The notes under the pieces: generated by a model
Told to the model about the DNA's origin: nothing
Database searches by the model: none
What the model saw: only the letters and a program-made list of their open reading frames with translations
Shown here: one piece after another, positions 23,978-36,000 of the stretch
Layout of the letters: each line of letters begins with the position of its first letter
How positions within the stretch are numbered: position 1 is the first letter of the stretch
Assembly: GCA_963828155.1 (NCBI GenBank)
Contig: CAWHDQ010000012.1
Coordinates: forward strand, 162,942 to 226,941
Direction of reading: 5' to 3'
Length of the DNA: 64,000 nt
Source of the DNA: an uncultured Planctomycetaceae bacterium
Lineage (GTDB): Bacteria; Planctomycetota; Planctomycetia; Pirellulales; PALSA-1355
Program-made: the position numbers and the translations under genes

Positions 23978-24853
23978 ATGACCAGCCGCGCCCAGACCGA
24001 ATGGCGCTACGAGAAATTGACCTGGCCCGAGATCAACGACGCGATCGAGCTGGGCAAGGTCTGCATCCTGCCCTGCGGCGCCGTCGAGCAGCACGGCCAT
24101 CACCTGCCGCTCGATGTCGACCTGGTCTGCCCGACCGAAATCGCCCGCGGCGCCGGCCGGGCCCGGCCCGAAAAAATCCTCGTGCTGCCGACCGTGGCCT
24201 ACGGCTACACGGGGCACGTGATGGATTTTCCGGGCACGATCAACAACGACTTCGAGCACTTCATCCACCACGTGCTCGACGTGACCAAGTCGCTGGCCTA
24301 CCACGGCTTCAAAAAGATCGTGCTGCTCAACGGCCACGGCTCGAACGCGCCGAACCTGGACCTGGTCGCCCGGCGGACCAACCTGGAAACCGACGCCGAG
24401 TGCGTGGCCACCAGCTGGTGGCAATTGCTGACCGTCGACAAGGATTTTCTGCCCAACTGGCGCGAGAGCAAGTTTCCCGGCGGCTGCGCTCACGCCTGCG
24501 AGCTGGAAACGTCGCTGTATCTGTATCTCGACGAAGCCGGCGTCCGCAAAGATGAAATCAAGAGCGGCACGATCAGCTTCAACCAGGACGACAGCCCGTT
24601 CAACTGGGTCGATCTGTTCGCGGCCGGGCCAGCCACGGTCGTTTCCTGGACCAGCAGCTACAGCTCGACCGGCGTCTTGGGTGAGGCCGAGCTGGCCTCG
24701 GTCGACAAGGGCCGCCGGGCCTACGAAGAAGCGACCCGGCAGCTGGTGCGGTTCGTCGATTATTTCCACGGGCGGCCGCGCGACCAGCGACAAGACCGGC
24801 ATCGCCGCCCGCCGACGATGCCGATTCCCTGGGGCCAGCGCCCGCTGGATTGA
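23978..24853 (+). CDS. Creatininase/creatinine amidohydrolase family protein
   Basis: GAVEQHGHHLPLDVD, NGHGSN and HACELETS motifs. Confidence 0.92.
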   Translation: MTSRAQTEWRYEKLTWPEINDAIELGKVCILPCGAVEQHGHHLPLDVDLVCPTEIARGAGRARPEKILVLPTVAYGYTGHVMDFPGTINNDFEHFIHHVLDVTKSLAYHGFKKIVLLNGHGSNAPNLDLVARRTNLETDAECVATSWWQLLTVDKDFLPNWRESKFPGGCAHACELETSLYLYLDEAGVRKDEIKSGTISFNQDDSPFNWVDLFAAGPATVVSWTSSYSSTGVLGEAELASVDKGRRAYEEATRQLVRFVDYFHGRPRDQRQDRHRRPPTMPIPWGQRPLD

Positions 24854-24960
24854 TTCGGCTCTTTTCCTCTGCGCCCGCAAGCGAGACCGTTCCGGTGAGC
24901 CGTCCGATCGTCAGCGCGGTGGATCAGGCTGGCTTGCCGGCGAGCGCCCGCGGCGCGGGA

Positions 24961-26301
24961 ATGTCTCCCGGTGACATCCGGCCGACGCGGATCCGCTACG
25001 GCGTGCTCGGCATTCTCTGCGCCGCGGCGACGATCGCCTACATCCAGCGGTACGCGATCAACGACCTGGCAACGCCGATCGGCGACACATTGGGGCTCGA
25101 TCGCGATCAGCTGGGTACGATCATGTCGGGCTTCTTCACGGCCTATGCCCTGTTCCAACTGCCGGCCGCGTGGCTGGGCGATCGCTGGGGCAGCCGGCGG
25201 ACGCTCGCGCTGTATGCCGTGCTCTGGTCAGGGCTGACCGGCGCGATGGGCTTGTGCGGCAGCCTGGGGAGTCTGGTTGCGGTCTGGTCGCTGATGGGCG
25301 CGGCGCAGGCCGGATTGTTTCCCTGCGCGATGATCGCGGTGCGCGATTGGATGCCGGCGACGCGGCGGGCCTTGGCCAGCGGCGCGCTGGCCAGCTGCAT
25401 GTCGCTGGGGGGCGCTTTGTCGCCGATCATCACCATCCATTTGCGCTACGATCAGGGCTGGTCGTGGTCGCAAGTGTTCTGGGGCCTGACGCTCCCCGGC
25501 TTCGCTTGGGCGATCGTCTATTACGGTTGGTTTCGCGACCGTCCCGAGACCCATCCGCAAGTCAATTCTGCCGAATTGGCACTGATTCGCGGTCTTGATC
25601 CCGCGGCCGGCACGACGGACGGGGCCCAACGTCCGGCGGCGAGGGGCGCACCCCTTCCTTGGGCGGTGCTGTTGGCCAGCGTGCCGATGTGGCTGATCTG
25701 CGGGCAGCAGGTTTTTCGGGCCGCGGCCCAGGTGTTCTTCGGCACCTGGTTCGTCAGTTACCTGCGCGATTGGCAGGTGCTTAGCGAGCACGAAGTCTCC
25801 TTTCTGGCCGGCGTGCCGCTGTGGATGCTGATCGTCGGCGGCATCACCGGCGGCGTGCTGTCCGATTGGATTCTGGCCCGCACGGGCAGCCGGCGGTGGG
25901 CCCGGCAGGGTTTTTCGGTCGTCAACTTGCTGGCTTGCGCGGGGCTGTTTGCCCTCTCGGCCGAAACGACGAACCCCTACCTGGCCGTGGCGCTGATCGG
26001 GGCGGCCTCGCTGGCGATGGCGCTGGGGGGCGTCAGCGCGTACGCCATCACGATGGATATGGGCGGCCCGCACGTAGCCATCGTGTTTGCGATCATGAAC
26101 ATGGCGGGCAGCGTCGGCTCTGCGGCGTTTCCGAAGTACGTCGGCTGGCTGGTCAAGACGACGCACTCGTGGAGCTACGTGCTCTGGTCGATCGCGGCGA
26201 TGTATCTGGCCGCTGCCGTTTGCTGGCTGCTGCTCAATCCAAACGGAACCGTCTTCGACCGCAAAAATGTTGAACCCACGGCCGCCGAACCGGCCGCGTG
26301 A
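24961..26301 (+). CDS. MFS transporter (anion:cation symporter-like)
   Basis: About 12 TM helices, WLGDRWGSRR, WFRDRPETHPQVNSAEL, MNMAG. Confidence 0.92.
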   Translation: MSPGDIRPTRIRYGVLGILCAAATIAYIQRYAINDLATPIGDTLGLDRDQLGTIMSGFFTAYALFQLPAAWLGDRWGSRRTLALYAVLWSGLTGAMGLCGSLGSLVAVWSLMGAAQAGLFPCAMIAVRDWMPATRRALASGALASCMSLGGALSPIITIHLRYDQGWSWSQVFWGLTLPGFAWAIVYYGWFRDRPETHPQVNSAELALIRGLDPAAGTTDGAQRPAARGAPLPWAVLLASVPMWLICGQQVFRAAAQVFFGTWFVSYLRDWQVLSEHEVSFLAGVPLWMLIVGGITGGVLSDWILARTGSRRWARQGFSVVNLLACAGLFALSAETTNPYLAVALIGAASLAMALGGVSAYAITMDMGGPHVAIVFAIMNMAGSVGSAAFPKYVGWLVKTTHSWSYVLWSIAAMYLAAAVCWLLLNPNGTVFDRKNVEPTAAEPAA

Positions 26302-26323
26302 GTTTCGTTAAAAGGTCCCCGCG

Positions 26324-27763
26324 ATGCCGCACGTCGACATACCGCAAAGCACCTGCCGGTTCGCGATTGCCCGGGGCGACATCACGCCGCCGGTGGGCAT
26401 TTATCACCGCATGTGGGGCGCGGCGACCCACGATCGGGCGACCGGCGTCCATCGGCCGCTCGAGGCCGCGGTGATGGCCTTTGGGCCGCTCGATCGATCG
26501 GAGACGGAGCAGTTCATCGTCTCGCTCGACCATTGCCTGTTTGGCCCGCGCGAAATGGAACGGGTCCGCCGCCGCGCAAGCGACGTTTCCGGCGCGCCCG
26601 CCGAGCAGACGATCTACCTGTTCACCCATACCCACGGGGCCGGCCTGATGGACCTGGGCCGGAGCGAGCTGCCGGGCGGAGATCTGATTGCCGCCTATCT
26701 CGATCGCTTGGGCACGACGGTCGGCGAGTTGATCGCCGCGGCGCATGTGCAGATGCAGCCGGCTGCGATCGTCTACGGCGAGGGGCGCTGCGATCTGGCC
26801 CGGCAAAGGCACTTCTGGGACGCCGAATCGAACGAATACGTCTGCGGCTTCAATCCGCTCGGCACGACCGACGACACGGTGCTCGTGGCCCGGGTGACGA
26901 CGCTCGATGCACTGCCACTGGCCACGATCGTCAACTACGCCTGCCATCCGACGACGCTGGCCTGGGCCAATACGCTCATCAGCCCGGACTTTCCGGCGCG
27001 CTGCGCGAGTTGGTCGAGGAGCACTCGGGGGTGCCGTGCGTCTTTGTTCAAGGCGCCTCGGGCGACAACGGACCACGGCACGGCTTCGTCGCCGATCCGG
27101 CAGTTGCCGACCGCAACGGCCGGCAGTTGGGCTACGCCGTGCTCTCGGCGCTCGAGGCGCTGCCGCCGCCGCTCGTGCGGTTCGAGTATCAAGGCCCGGT
27201 CGTTTCCGGCGCGACGCTGGGCACCTGGGATTACGTGCCGCTGGACGAAGCGGCCCTGAAGCGGCTCGCGCGGTGGGAAGTCCAGGCGCTCGCTGCTGCC
27301 GCTGGCCTACCGGCCCGACTTGCCGCGGCGCGACCAGGTCGAGCGCGAACTGACTCGCTGGCAAGCCGCCGACGAAGCGGCACTGGCGGCCGGCGACCAG
27401 ATCGGCCATCGCGACGCCCGGGCGATGGTCGAGCGGCAAACGCGGCTGTTCGGCCGCCTGGCAACGTTGCCGCCAGGCGAGACGTTTCCGCTGGAGATCG
27501 TCTGGTGGCGGCTGGGGGACGCCCGCTGGTTGTTTCTCGAAGGCGAACACTATAACGTGCTGCAAACGGCACTCCGCGCGCAGCTGAGCGGCGCGCCGCT
27601 GGTGGTCGCGACGCTGGCCAATGGCTGGCGGCCTTCGTACCTGCCGTCGGCCGACGCCTACGGCAAAGGCATTTACTCGGAGACCGTCGCCGTGCTGGCC
27701 GCCGGCTGCTTGGAGCAGGTGATCGCTGAAGTTGCGCGGCAATTCGCGGCCGATCCGGATTGA
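26324..27763 (+). CDS. Neutral/alkaline ceramidase-like amidohydrolase, two frameshifts
   Basis: DITPP.G, THTHGAG, NYACHPT, QGASGD and ANG...YLP...Y...YSE across three frames. Confidence 0.75.
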
Positions 27764-27832
27764 CGAAGTTTGTCCATCGGGCTGCACGTCTGGACTAGCC
27801 TTTTCGCCCCCAACCGCCGGAAGCGCGCTGCC

Positions 27833-29011
27833 GTGAAAATCGCCCGGATCGAAACGCACGTCTGCCATGCCCGGATGCGGAACTGGGTGTTCGTCAAGGT
27901 GCTGACCGACCAGCCCGGCTTGTTCGGTTGGGGCGAGGCCACGCTCGAATGGCACACCCGCAGCGTCGTCGGAGCGATCGAGGATCTGGCCGAGCTCATC
28001 GTGGGCGAGGATCCCAGCCGGATCGAACACCTCTGGCAGATGATGTTTCGCCAGCACTTCTGGCACGGCCACAGCATCGTCCGCGCGACCGCGATCGCCG
28101 GCATCGACCTGGCGCTGTGGGACATCGCCGGCAAAGTGGCGGGAATGCCCTGTGCGAAACTTTGGGGCGGGCCGGTTCGCGACTTCATCCGCACTTATTG
28201 CCATCTAGGCGGCGGAAGGATGGAAGATTTCTATGAGACCCGGGCCCAGGACGCCCAGCGGTTCGCCGAGCTGGCCGGCCAGGCGGTGACGGACGGATTC
28301 ACGGCCTTCAAGTGCATGGCCGTGCCGCCGACGATGCCACTCGAGGGATTGCGGCCGATCCGGGCGGCCGAAGCCGCGGTGGCGGCGATGCGCGACGCGG
28401 TCGGCGATGCGATCGACATCATGGTCGACTGCCACGCCCGACCCTCGCCGGCGATGGGGCTCAAGTTCGGCCAAGCGCTCGACCCGTTCGGCCTGTACTT
28501 TCTGGAAGAGCCGTGCTGGCCGGAAAACCTGGCCGGCCTGGCCCGCATCCGTGAAGCCGTCACGACGCCCGTGGCCACCGGCGAGCGGATCACCAGCCTG
28601 GCCGCGTTCCGCGACTTGTTCGCCGCCGGCGGCTGCGACGTCTGCCAGCTCGACATCACGCACTGTGGCGGCTTGACCGAGGCCCGGCGGATCGCGGCGC
28701 TGGCCGACGCCTATCGCATCGCCCTGGCGCCGCACAATCCCCAGGGCCCGGTCAGCACGGCCGCGTCGCTGGAGTTCGGCTTTTCCCAGCCGAGCTACAT
28801 CATTTGCGAAACGGTCCACGCCGACGTCCCCTGGCGGGCCGACGTGGTGGAAGAGGGCTTCACGGTCGAGCCGGTCGGGCGGATCGTGCGCCCCAATACC
28901 CGCCCCGGGCTGGGAATCACGATCGACGAACAAGAAGTCAAGCGACACCCGTTCGAGCAGGAAATCGCCCAGCGCGTGTTTTACCCTGACGGCAGCGTGG
29001 GCGATTGGTGA
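27833..29011 (+). CDS. Galactonate dehydratase-like enolase-superfamily protein
   Basis: [31 protein letters not shown] and APHNPQGP. C-terminus DGSVGDW is typical of DgoD. Confidence 0.88.
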   Translation: MKIARIETHVCHARMRNWVFVKVLTDQPGLFGWGEATLEWHTRSVVGAIEDLAELIVGEDPSRIEHLWQMMFRQHFWHGHSIVRATAIAGIDLALWDIAGKVAGMPCAKLWGGPVRDFIRTYCHLGGGRMEDFYETRAQDAQRFAELAGQAVTDGFTAFKCMAVPPTMPLEGLRPIRAAEAAVAAMRDAVGDAIDIMVDCHARPSPAMGLKFGQALDPFGLYFLEEPCWPENLAGLARIREAVTTPVATGERITSLAAFRDLFAAGGCDVCQLDITHCGGLTEARRIAALADAYRIALAPHNPQGPVSTAASLEFGFSQPSYIICETVHADVPWRADVVEEGFTVEPVGRIVRPNTRPGLGITIDEQEVKRHPFEQEIAQRVFYPDGSVGDW

Positions 29012-29068
29012 GACTTTTCCAGCCGCGGGCGACTTCCCGCGCAAACAGGGACAACCGAAAGGAACCCC

Positions 29069-29980
29069 GTGCCCGGCGAAATCCAAGGCGTGCTGCCGAT
29101 CGTCCACACTCCGTTCGACGAGGACGATCGGATCGATCCAATCTCGCTGGCCCGCGAGATCGATTGGGCCTTCAGCCAGGGAGCCGACGGCATCTGCACC
29201 GGCATGGTTTCGGAGCTGTTGCGGCTGACCAGCGACGAGCGGCTGGCGCTGGCCCCGCGGTTGGTCGAGCTGGCGGCCGGGCGCGGACCGGTGATCGCCA
29301 GCGTCGGCGCCGAGAGCACGCCGCAAGCGCTGATCTTCGCCCGCAGCGCTGAGCAATCCGGCTGCGGGGCGATCATGGCGATTCCGCCGACCACGACGGC
29401 GCTAGGCGAGCGGGAGCTGACGGCATATTTCTCGGCCCTGGCCGAAGCGGTCGAGATGCCGCTGATCGTGCAGGACGCGTCGGGCTATGTCGGCCGCACA
29501 ATCCCGCTGGCGGTGCAGGTCGGCCTGGTCGAACGGTACGGTCCGGACAAGATTCTGTTCAAGCCCGAGGCGGCGCCGGTTGGTCCGCACGTCTCGGCGC
29601 TGCGCGACGCGACCGGCGGCGCCGCCCGGGTGTTCGACGGCTCGGGGGGCATCGCACTGGTCGATTGTTACCGCCGGGGACTGGCCGGCACGATGCCCGG
29701 CATGGAGATGCTCGACGCGATCGTGGCCCTGTGGCGGGCGCTGGGCCGCGGCGACGAAGCGGCCATCTATCGCTGGTACTTGCCGGTCTGTGCGCTGGCG
29801 GCCTTGGAAATGCAGGCCGGGCTGGACGGATTTCTGGCGATCGAGAAGTACCTGCTGGTGCGCCGCGGCATCTTCCGCTCGGACCGCCGCCGCCAGCCCA
29901 ATGGCTGGAGCCTGGACGACGAAACGGCCCGCGAAGTCGACCGGCTGTTCGAGCAGTTGAGTGCGGTGCGCGCCGATTAA
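29069..29980 (+). CDS. DHDPS/NAL-family lyase (2-keto-3-deoxy acid dehydratase-like)
   Basis: TPF, Schiff-base Lys in FKPE, VQDA in place of the usual LYN, GMVSE in place of GTTGE. Confidence 0.85.
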   Translation: MPGEIQGVLPIVHTPFDEDDRIDPISLAREIDWAFSQGADGICTGMVSELLRLTSDERLALAPRLVELAAGRGPVIASVGAESTPQALIFARSAEQSGCGAIMAIPPTTTALGERELTAYFSALAEAVEMPLIVQDASGYVGRTIPLAVQVGLVERYGPDKILFKPEAAPVGPHVSALRDATGGAARVFDGSGGIALVDCYRRGLAGTMPGMEMLDAIVALWRALGRGDEAAIYRWYLPVCALAALEMQAGLDGFLAIEKYLLVRRGIFRSDRRRQPNGWSLDDETAREVDRLFEQLSAVRAD

Positions 29981-30005
29981 ACTGCCGATCCGGTCAATCA
30001 GGAGG

Positions 30006-30743
30006 TTATTGCTTCTTTTTCTTCGTCCGCTGGCCCTGCCGTTTGCGGGGCACGCGGACCCGGGGAACCAGATCCTCGCCCGGGCGACGCTCGCGCCAGA
30101 AGCCGGTGGCCAGGTCGTGCACGACGCAATTGGTCGTCAGCCAGCGGAACTGCTCCAGTACGCTCCGCGCGACGGTCAGCCGGCCCTCGCCGTCGACCTC
30201 GGTGAATTCGGGGCCGAACTTCTCGCGAATTCGCTGGGCGGTGGCGGCGACCGGCAGCCGGCGATCGTGGCGATCGAACTCGCTGACGAGCCACTCGGCC
30301 ACCTCCCGCGGCCGGGCGGCGGCCTCCTTCTCGCGCTGGGCGACTAGCCGGGCGAAGATCGCCTGGACCTGCCCCGCGCCATCGGGCGAGATGCCCTGCT
30401 CCAGAATCTGCTCGCTCGTCGGCAGCGCCACGTCGGCCAGCGAATCGCCGCAATCGGGGCAAACCGGCGCCGGCCGGTCGAATTGAAACAACTTCAGCTC
30501 CGTCCGGCAGTGCGGGCAAGCGACCGCGAACGATGACGCCTCGGCCCAACTCGTCGCCGCGGGCGCGGGCGGCTCCGGGGCGGATGCTGGCTCGATCGGT
30601 TCGGCTGGCGGAGCGCCCGTCAGGTCCGGATCGGTCTCGGGCAGCGTGTTGTAGCGATCACAATACGGGCACTCGACGACCTCGCCGGCCCGGCTGGGGT
30701 CGAACGGAAAGTCGAGCTGACAGGAACGGCAACGAATGGGCAT
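30006..30743 (-). CDS. Hypothetical protein with two zinc-ribbon motifs
   Basis: CRSC..CPYC and CPHC..CPDC separated by a Pro-rich linker; basic tail. Confidence 0.7.
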   Translation of the reverse strand: MPIRCRSCQLDFPFDPSRAGEVVECPYCDRYNTLPETDPDLTGAPPAEPIEPASAPEPPAPAATSWAEASSFAVACPHCRTELKLFQFDRPAPVCPDCGDSLADVALPTSEQILEQGISPDGAGQVQAIFARLVAQREKEAAARPREVAEWLVSEFDRHDRRLPVAATAQRIREKFGPEFTEVDGEGRLTVARSVLEQFRWLTTNCVVHDLATGFWRERRPGEDLVPRVRVPRKRQGQRTKKKKQ

Positions 30744-30900
30744 ACCGCCCTCACGGCCTAAGGGGCGAAGCTTCGATCAAGCGAAGGTTTTCATATTCGC
30801 CGAGACAAGGGTCGGCCGTCCGCACGGCGAAAGGCCGACGACGAATCCGCACTGGAATCAGGCACTGATTGGAAACGGTCGAACTTGCACTCCACAGCGG

Positions 30901-32715
30901 TTATTCCGCGGCTTTTTCGTCGCGGTTGAGCGCCCGCAGGGCCTTGTTGGCGGCGTCCTGCGTTTGCAGGGTCTTGCTTTGGGCCGCCGCGATCAGGGCA
31001 TCGGACAGCGGTTTGTCGTTGATCTTGTGGTCGGCCGCGATTCGAGCGACGGCTTCGGCAGCGCTGGCCTGCGCCCGCCAATCGCCCCGCTCCAGGATCG
31101 TGGTCAACTGGCGGACGGCCTTCGGATCGCCCAGCGCGCCGAGAACCGGTGCGCCAAATTCCCACGCCCGGGGATTGCCGGCCAGCTCCGAATAGATCGC
31201 GCCGTCGACCTTGCCCGAGAGGGCCTCGTCGCCGCGCTCGGCGATCTGGACCAGCGAATGGCTGGCCCCCTCGCGAACGTTCAGCACGCTATGGCTGAGC
31301 AGCAATACCAAGGGCTCGACGCAGTCGGCCGTGGCATACTGGCCGACGCTGTGGGCCGCGACGGCCGTCTTGTGCCAGTCGACCGGCTTGGTCAGGAGCG
31401 GCAACAAGATCGGCGCGACCAGCGCCCGTTGCTCGGGCGTGCAGAGCGGGGCCAGCTCTTCCAGGGCCGGGCCGGCCGCCTGGCGTGGATTGGTCACGTC
31501 GTCTCCCACGCAGCCGGCAATCAGGTCGATCACGCCGGTATAGCCGCTGGCCCGCAGCAGGTTGACGGCGTGCGTCCGGGCGGCCCACTGCGGCTGATCC
31601 TCGGCGGCGGCCTGGAGGGTGGCGGCGGCGGCCTTGGCGACGCGCGAGGCATATTGCCGGTCGACGTGCTGGCCCATTTCCTCCATGATGCCGGCCCGCA
31701 GCGGCAGCGGCTCGGCCTTTTCCAGCTCGATGAGCAGGATCGGGAACAGATCGGCCTGCGACATCTGGTGTTCTTTGCGGAGGGTGTTCAGGATCCGCTT
31801 TGACTCGTTGGTGACGTTGACCGTGCGATCGCCGAGCTGACGGATCACGACCGGCAGCGAATCGCGGGTGACCGGCCAGCCGAGATGAAAGATCGTCCGC
31901 AGGGCGTAGGACCGGGTCCGCCAGGCCCGCTCGACATCCCCTTCGCCGCCGCCGGTTTCGGCCGCGTGCAGCAGGGCTCGTTGCGACTCGCTGGTGCGGA
32001 TGGTCTGAAAGAACAGCGATGCGGCGTCGGCCGCGTTGACGATCTCGCAGCCCAGCACGCCGGCCACCGCGTCATACGCGTCGGGCGTCAGTTGGGCGCC
32101 GGCCTGCACGGCCCGCTGCAGCCCACGGACGGCGTCCATTTGGCTGCGCCAATTCTTCGAGCTCAAACCCTGAATCAAGAACGCGGCGTCTTCCGGCTTG
32201 CTGATCGGGGCCAATCCGTGATAGGAGGCCACCAGCACCGATTCCGAGCCGTCGGCGGCCCGGCCGATCAGAAACGCCCGGGCTTCGTCGACCGGCAGGA
32301 TTTGCCCGACGGATTCGCCGGCCGCCATGGCCACGTCGACGTCTTCGTCACCCATCGCCTTTTTCAGGGCCTCGGTGGCCGAAGCAGCCCGCATCCGGCC
32401 GAGCGCGGCGGCGGCCTCCTTGCGGAGCTCGGCCCCCTTGGGCGAATCGACCCGCTCGATGAGCAGGGTCGTCACCTTGGGCAGCTCGTCGCCCCCCTTG
32501 CCGCCCGGCGCGAAGATGAAGCCGAGCGACTTGGCGGCGCTGGCCGCGACGTGAACCGCGTCGGAATCGAGGTTCTTCATCAACTGCGGCACCGACACCG
32601 CGTCGGCCGCGCCGGACTTCTGGGCCCAGGCCGGGCGACTGGCGAGGCCCGCGATGCCGACCAGCAGCGTCCCAGTCACAACCGAAATAACCGCAAATCG
32701 CCGGGCGAGCAGCAT
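30901..32715 (-). CDS. Secreted HEAT-repeat protein
   Basis: Signal peptide and repeats such as LRKEAAAALG, VREGASHSL and QASAAEAVA. Confidence 0.85.
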   Translation of the reverse strand: MLLARRFAVISVVTGTLLVGIAGLASRPAWAQKSGAADAVSVPQLMKNLDSDAVHVAASAAKSLGFIFAPGGKGGDELPKVTTLLIERVDSPKGAELRKEAAAALGRMRAASATEALKKAMGDEDVDVAMAAGESVGQILPVDEARAFLIGRAADGSESVLVASYHGLAPISKPEDAAFLIQGLSSKNWRSQMDAVRGLQRAVQAGAQLTPDAYDAVAGVLGCEIVNAADAASLFFQTIRTSESQRALLHAAETGGGEGDVERAWRTRSYALRTIFHLGWPVTRDSLPVVIRQLGDRTVNVTNESKRILNTLRKEHQMSQADLFPILLIELEKAEPLPLRAGIMEEMGQHVDRQYASRVAKAAAATLQAAAEDQPQWAARTHAVNLLRASGYTGVIDLIAGCVGDDVTNPRQAAGPALEELAPLCTPEQRALVAPILLPLLTKPVDWHKTAVAAHSVGQYATADCVEPLVLLLSHSVLNVREGASHSLVQIAERGDEALSGKVDGAIYSELAGNPRAWEFGAPVLGALGDPKAVRQLTTILERGDWRAQASAAEAVARIAADHKINDKPLSDALIAAAQSKTLQTQDAANKALRALNRDEKAAE

Positions 32716-33082
32716 CGAAATCTCTCCGCGGAAGGTGACGGGGGGGAGCCGTTCCAGGTGGGCTGTGCGTAGCAGTCGCACGCCGCGCTGCGGGCAGACG
32801 AACTGCCGCGCTGCGGCGCGACAGGCAGGATAATCGCCGGCTGCGCAGAACGCCAGCATTTTTTCTTGCAGGCCGAAAGGCCGACATTCCCGGGCGGCAT
32901 TGCGAACCCCTTAACCGCCGGCCAGCGCCGGCACCCATCCAGCGGCCGGCCCGGTGATCGGCCGGTTCAGAATCCGCACCAGGTGCCGTGCCCGCCGCCG
33001 TCGCCTGGATCGCCTCGCCGGCTTGGCCAGCGCAGTCGTAGCCAGTCGCGCCGCGCGCCAGCCCGTGGACCGCCCATGGACG

Positions 33083-36000
33083 CTACGGCAATTTGTGCCG
33101 GCCGCCGCTGGGAGCCGTCGGCAGGAAGCTGGCCGCCGCCAGGGCCAGGTCCTCGGCGTTGTAAACGGCCATCGCCACGTCGGCCAGTTGCGCCGCGCTG
33201 GGCGGTGCGGCAACCGTGCCGGTTCCCGTCGTTCCGCCGGCAACGCCCGAAACCGCTCCAGCCACCGCCGGAGCGGCAGCGGGCGATGCGCTGACCACCG
33301 GCGAAGCCACCGCGGCCCGGGCTGCCGCCAATGCCGCTTGGGCCGCGCTCGTAGTCGAGTTTACTTGATTGATGACCGACAGCGCATCCAGCGGCGTGAT
33401 CGTGCCGCTGTCGTTCGTATCGAGGAAGTAATGCTGGCCGTCCGGCGCCGGCGGGTCGGGTTGCTGGCCGTTGGTGTTCAGAAAGTTGATGACCACCAGC
33501 GCGTCGATCGGCGTCGTCGCATTGTCGCCGTTCACGTCGTTAGGCGTCACCGGATTGGTCCAGCTGGGCACGTTGTTGTTGACGAGCGTGCCGGTCGCCG
33601 AGGCTGCCGTAATCAGGGCTGACGTGGCCTGCGAGAGCACGACGCTGAATTCCTTGGTCGGCTCGGCATACAGCGTGCCGGGGACGGTCACCGAAACGGT
33701 CTGGCTGGTCACGCCCGGGGCGAACGTCAGCGTGCCGCTCGTGGCCTGGTAATCAGTGCCGGCTACGGCCGTGCCGTCGGCCGTCGCAAAATCAACCGTG
33801 ACGGTCTGCGATCCGGGCGTGCTGAGACTGACCGTAAATACCGCGGTCGTGGTCGAGGTCGAATCGTTGGGCACGGTCACTTGCGGATCGGTGATCGACA
33901 GGCCCGGCAGGGCTTCGCCCTGGATCGCGAACGTGAACGGGTCGGACTGCGTCGGATCGTTTTCGTCGAAGCTGATCGTGGCCGCGCGCGTGCCGAGTGC
34001 CGTCGGCGCAAACTGCACGCTGAACGTGGTGCTGCCGCCCGGCGCGACCGTCGTGGCCGGCGGACTGGTAATCGTGAAATCGCCGGGGTTCGCGCCGCCG
34101 AGGACCAGGTTGCCGATCGTCAGCACGCCGGTCCCCGAGTTGCTGATCGTGTAGGTCTGGCTGACAGGTGCCCCGGCATAGGCGGCCGCGCCGAAGTCGG
34201 TGTCGTCCGTCGGGTCAGGCGTGGTACTGCCGTCGACGATCGCCTGGCCGCCGCCCGAAACGGCGATCGAGGACTGGCCGCCGGTGATCTGAATCGTGGC
34301 CGGCACGAAAGTGACTTGGGACGCGGTCAGGGGACTGTCATCCCCAAACACGGCGACGTCGCCGGCCAGGAACTCGGGGGTAAAAGTCTCCACGCCGGCG
34401 GCGGAAGCCGTGACGGGGATGGAAAAGAGCGGCTGTGGGGCGGAACCGGGCGGCAATTCGTAGGGGCCGCTACCCTCGCCAAAAGCCCCCGTGTCGACCA
34501 ACTCGCCGGCCGTTTGCGTGTTTTCGGTTTGGCCGTTGATGAAGAATGTCCCAAAGGTCACGACCGGATTGGCGGCGTCGGACGGGATTGAAACCAGCGA
34601 CGGATTGTACGCGGCATTGAGGTAGGTCTCGAACACGCCCCCATTGACGCCGCGGCCGCTGTTGTCTTGCACCACGGCGCGGAGCTGAAACGCGGTGCCC
34701 GTCGGCACGCTGGTCAGCACGTTGCCGCTGGAATCGGTCGTCTCGAATTCCACGGTGACGAGGTCGCTCGTGCCGAGCGTCAGGCCCGTTCCACTAACCG
34801 CGAAGGTGAACGGAGACACCTGTCCCGGATCGCTCTGGGCAAAGTTGACGACGGCGGTCTGCGTGCCCAGCGCCGTCGGATGGAACGCGATCGCAAAGGT
34901 CGTCGCAGCTCCCGGTCCCAGCGTTTGCGCCGGCTGCTGGCTCACCGAAAATGATCCGCCGGCGTTCTGCGCAAGCGTCACCTGCCCGATGGTCAGCGTC
35001 GAGGACCCGTGGTTGGTGATGGTAAACAGGTGCCCCACGCCGGAATTGACGGTATTGGCGAACTGTGTGCCGAAGTCGGTGGCATCGAGCGCGCTGGTCG
35101 TGGTGTCGCCGGCGTCGATCGGGGTGCCGTCGCCGCTGACCGCAATGGCCGGGAATTGGGCCGTCCCGCCGATCGCAAAGGTGAACGGGTTGGGTTGCGA
35201 CGAATCGTCGTCGCCGATGCTGACCGTCGCCACGCGCTCGCCCGAGGCGCCGGCCAGCGGCAGGAAGCCCACGCTGAACGCCTGTGTCGCGCCCGGCGCA
35301 ATCACGCCGCTCGTCGGGCCTGCGACGGTGAAGTCGCCGGCATTCGTTCCGCCGACCGTGATCGAGCTCAGGTTGATGGCGCTGGTGCCGGTATTGGTCA
35401 GGTCGAACGTCTCGACGACCGGCGAATTGCCCGGGGGAGCGCGGCCGAAGTCGGTGCCATCGGCAGCGCTGGTCGTCAGATCGCCGTCGCCAATCGCCTG
35501 CCCGAGACCGGTTACCACCAACTGACCCGTCGTCCCCTCGCCGCCGACGGCAAACGTGAAGGGCGTGCCCTGGCTCGGGTCGTTCTGACTGAAGCTGACC
35601 GTGGCCGTTCGCGCCCCCACCGCCCCCGCCACGAACTGCACGGAGAACGTGGTGCTGGAGCCGGCCGCCACCGTAGCCGCGGGCTGGGCCGTGACGGAAA
35701 AATCGCCGGGATTCGCGCCGCCGAGCGAAACGGAACCCACCGCCAGCGGCGTGCTGCCGTTGTTGGCAATGGTGTACGTCTCGACCAGCGGATTGCCCCC
35801 GACCTGGCGCAAACCGAAATCGGTGCCTTGCGCGGCGCTCGGCGTCGAGCTCCCGTCGGCGATCGACTGCCCGTTGCCCGACACGACGATGATCGGCTGG
35901 GTGCCCTCGATGGTGACGGTGGCGGGCACGAAGGTAATTTGCGACGGGGTCAAGGCATTCACCGAGTCATACACCGCCAATTCCGCGCCGGGGGTGGTCG

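Noticed and set aside
23978..24853. Creatininase-like gene as mycofactocin MftE or a RiPP peptidase
   Set aside because: No precursor peptide, radical SAM or other mft genes nearby; the context is catabolic.
22745..24880. 711-aa MR/MLE fusion suggested by the ORF track
   Set aside because: The N-terminal extension is antisense to the creatininase gene; the plausible start is GTG 23863.
26324..27763. Ceramidase-like gene linked to the proposed sphingolipid pathway
   Set aside because: It lies about 20 kb away inside a sugar-acid operon, and the family is broad and common in planctomycetes.
30811..32885. Short hairpins with GAAA-type loops at about 30811-30839 and 32871-32882 as riboswitches
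   Set aside because: Too short, and no recognisable riboswitch consensus.
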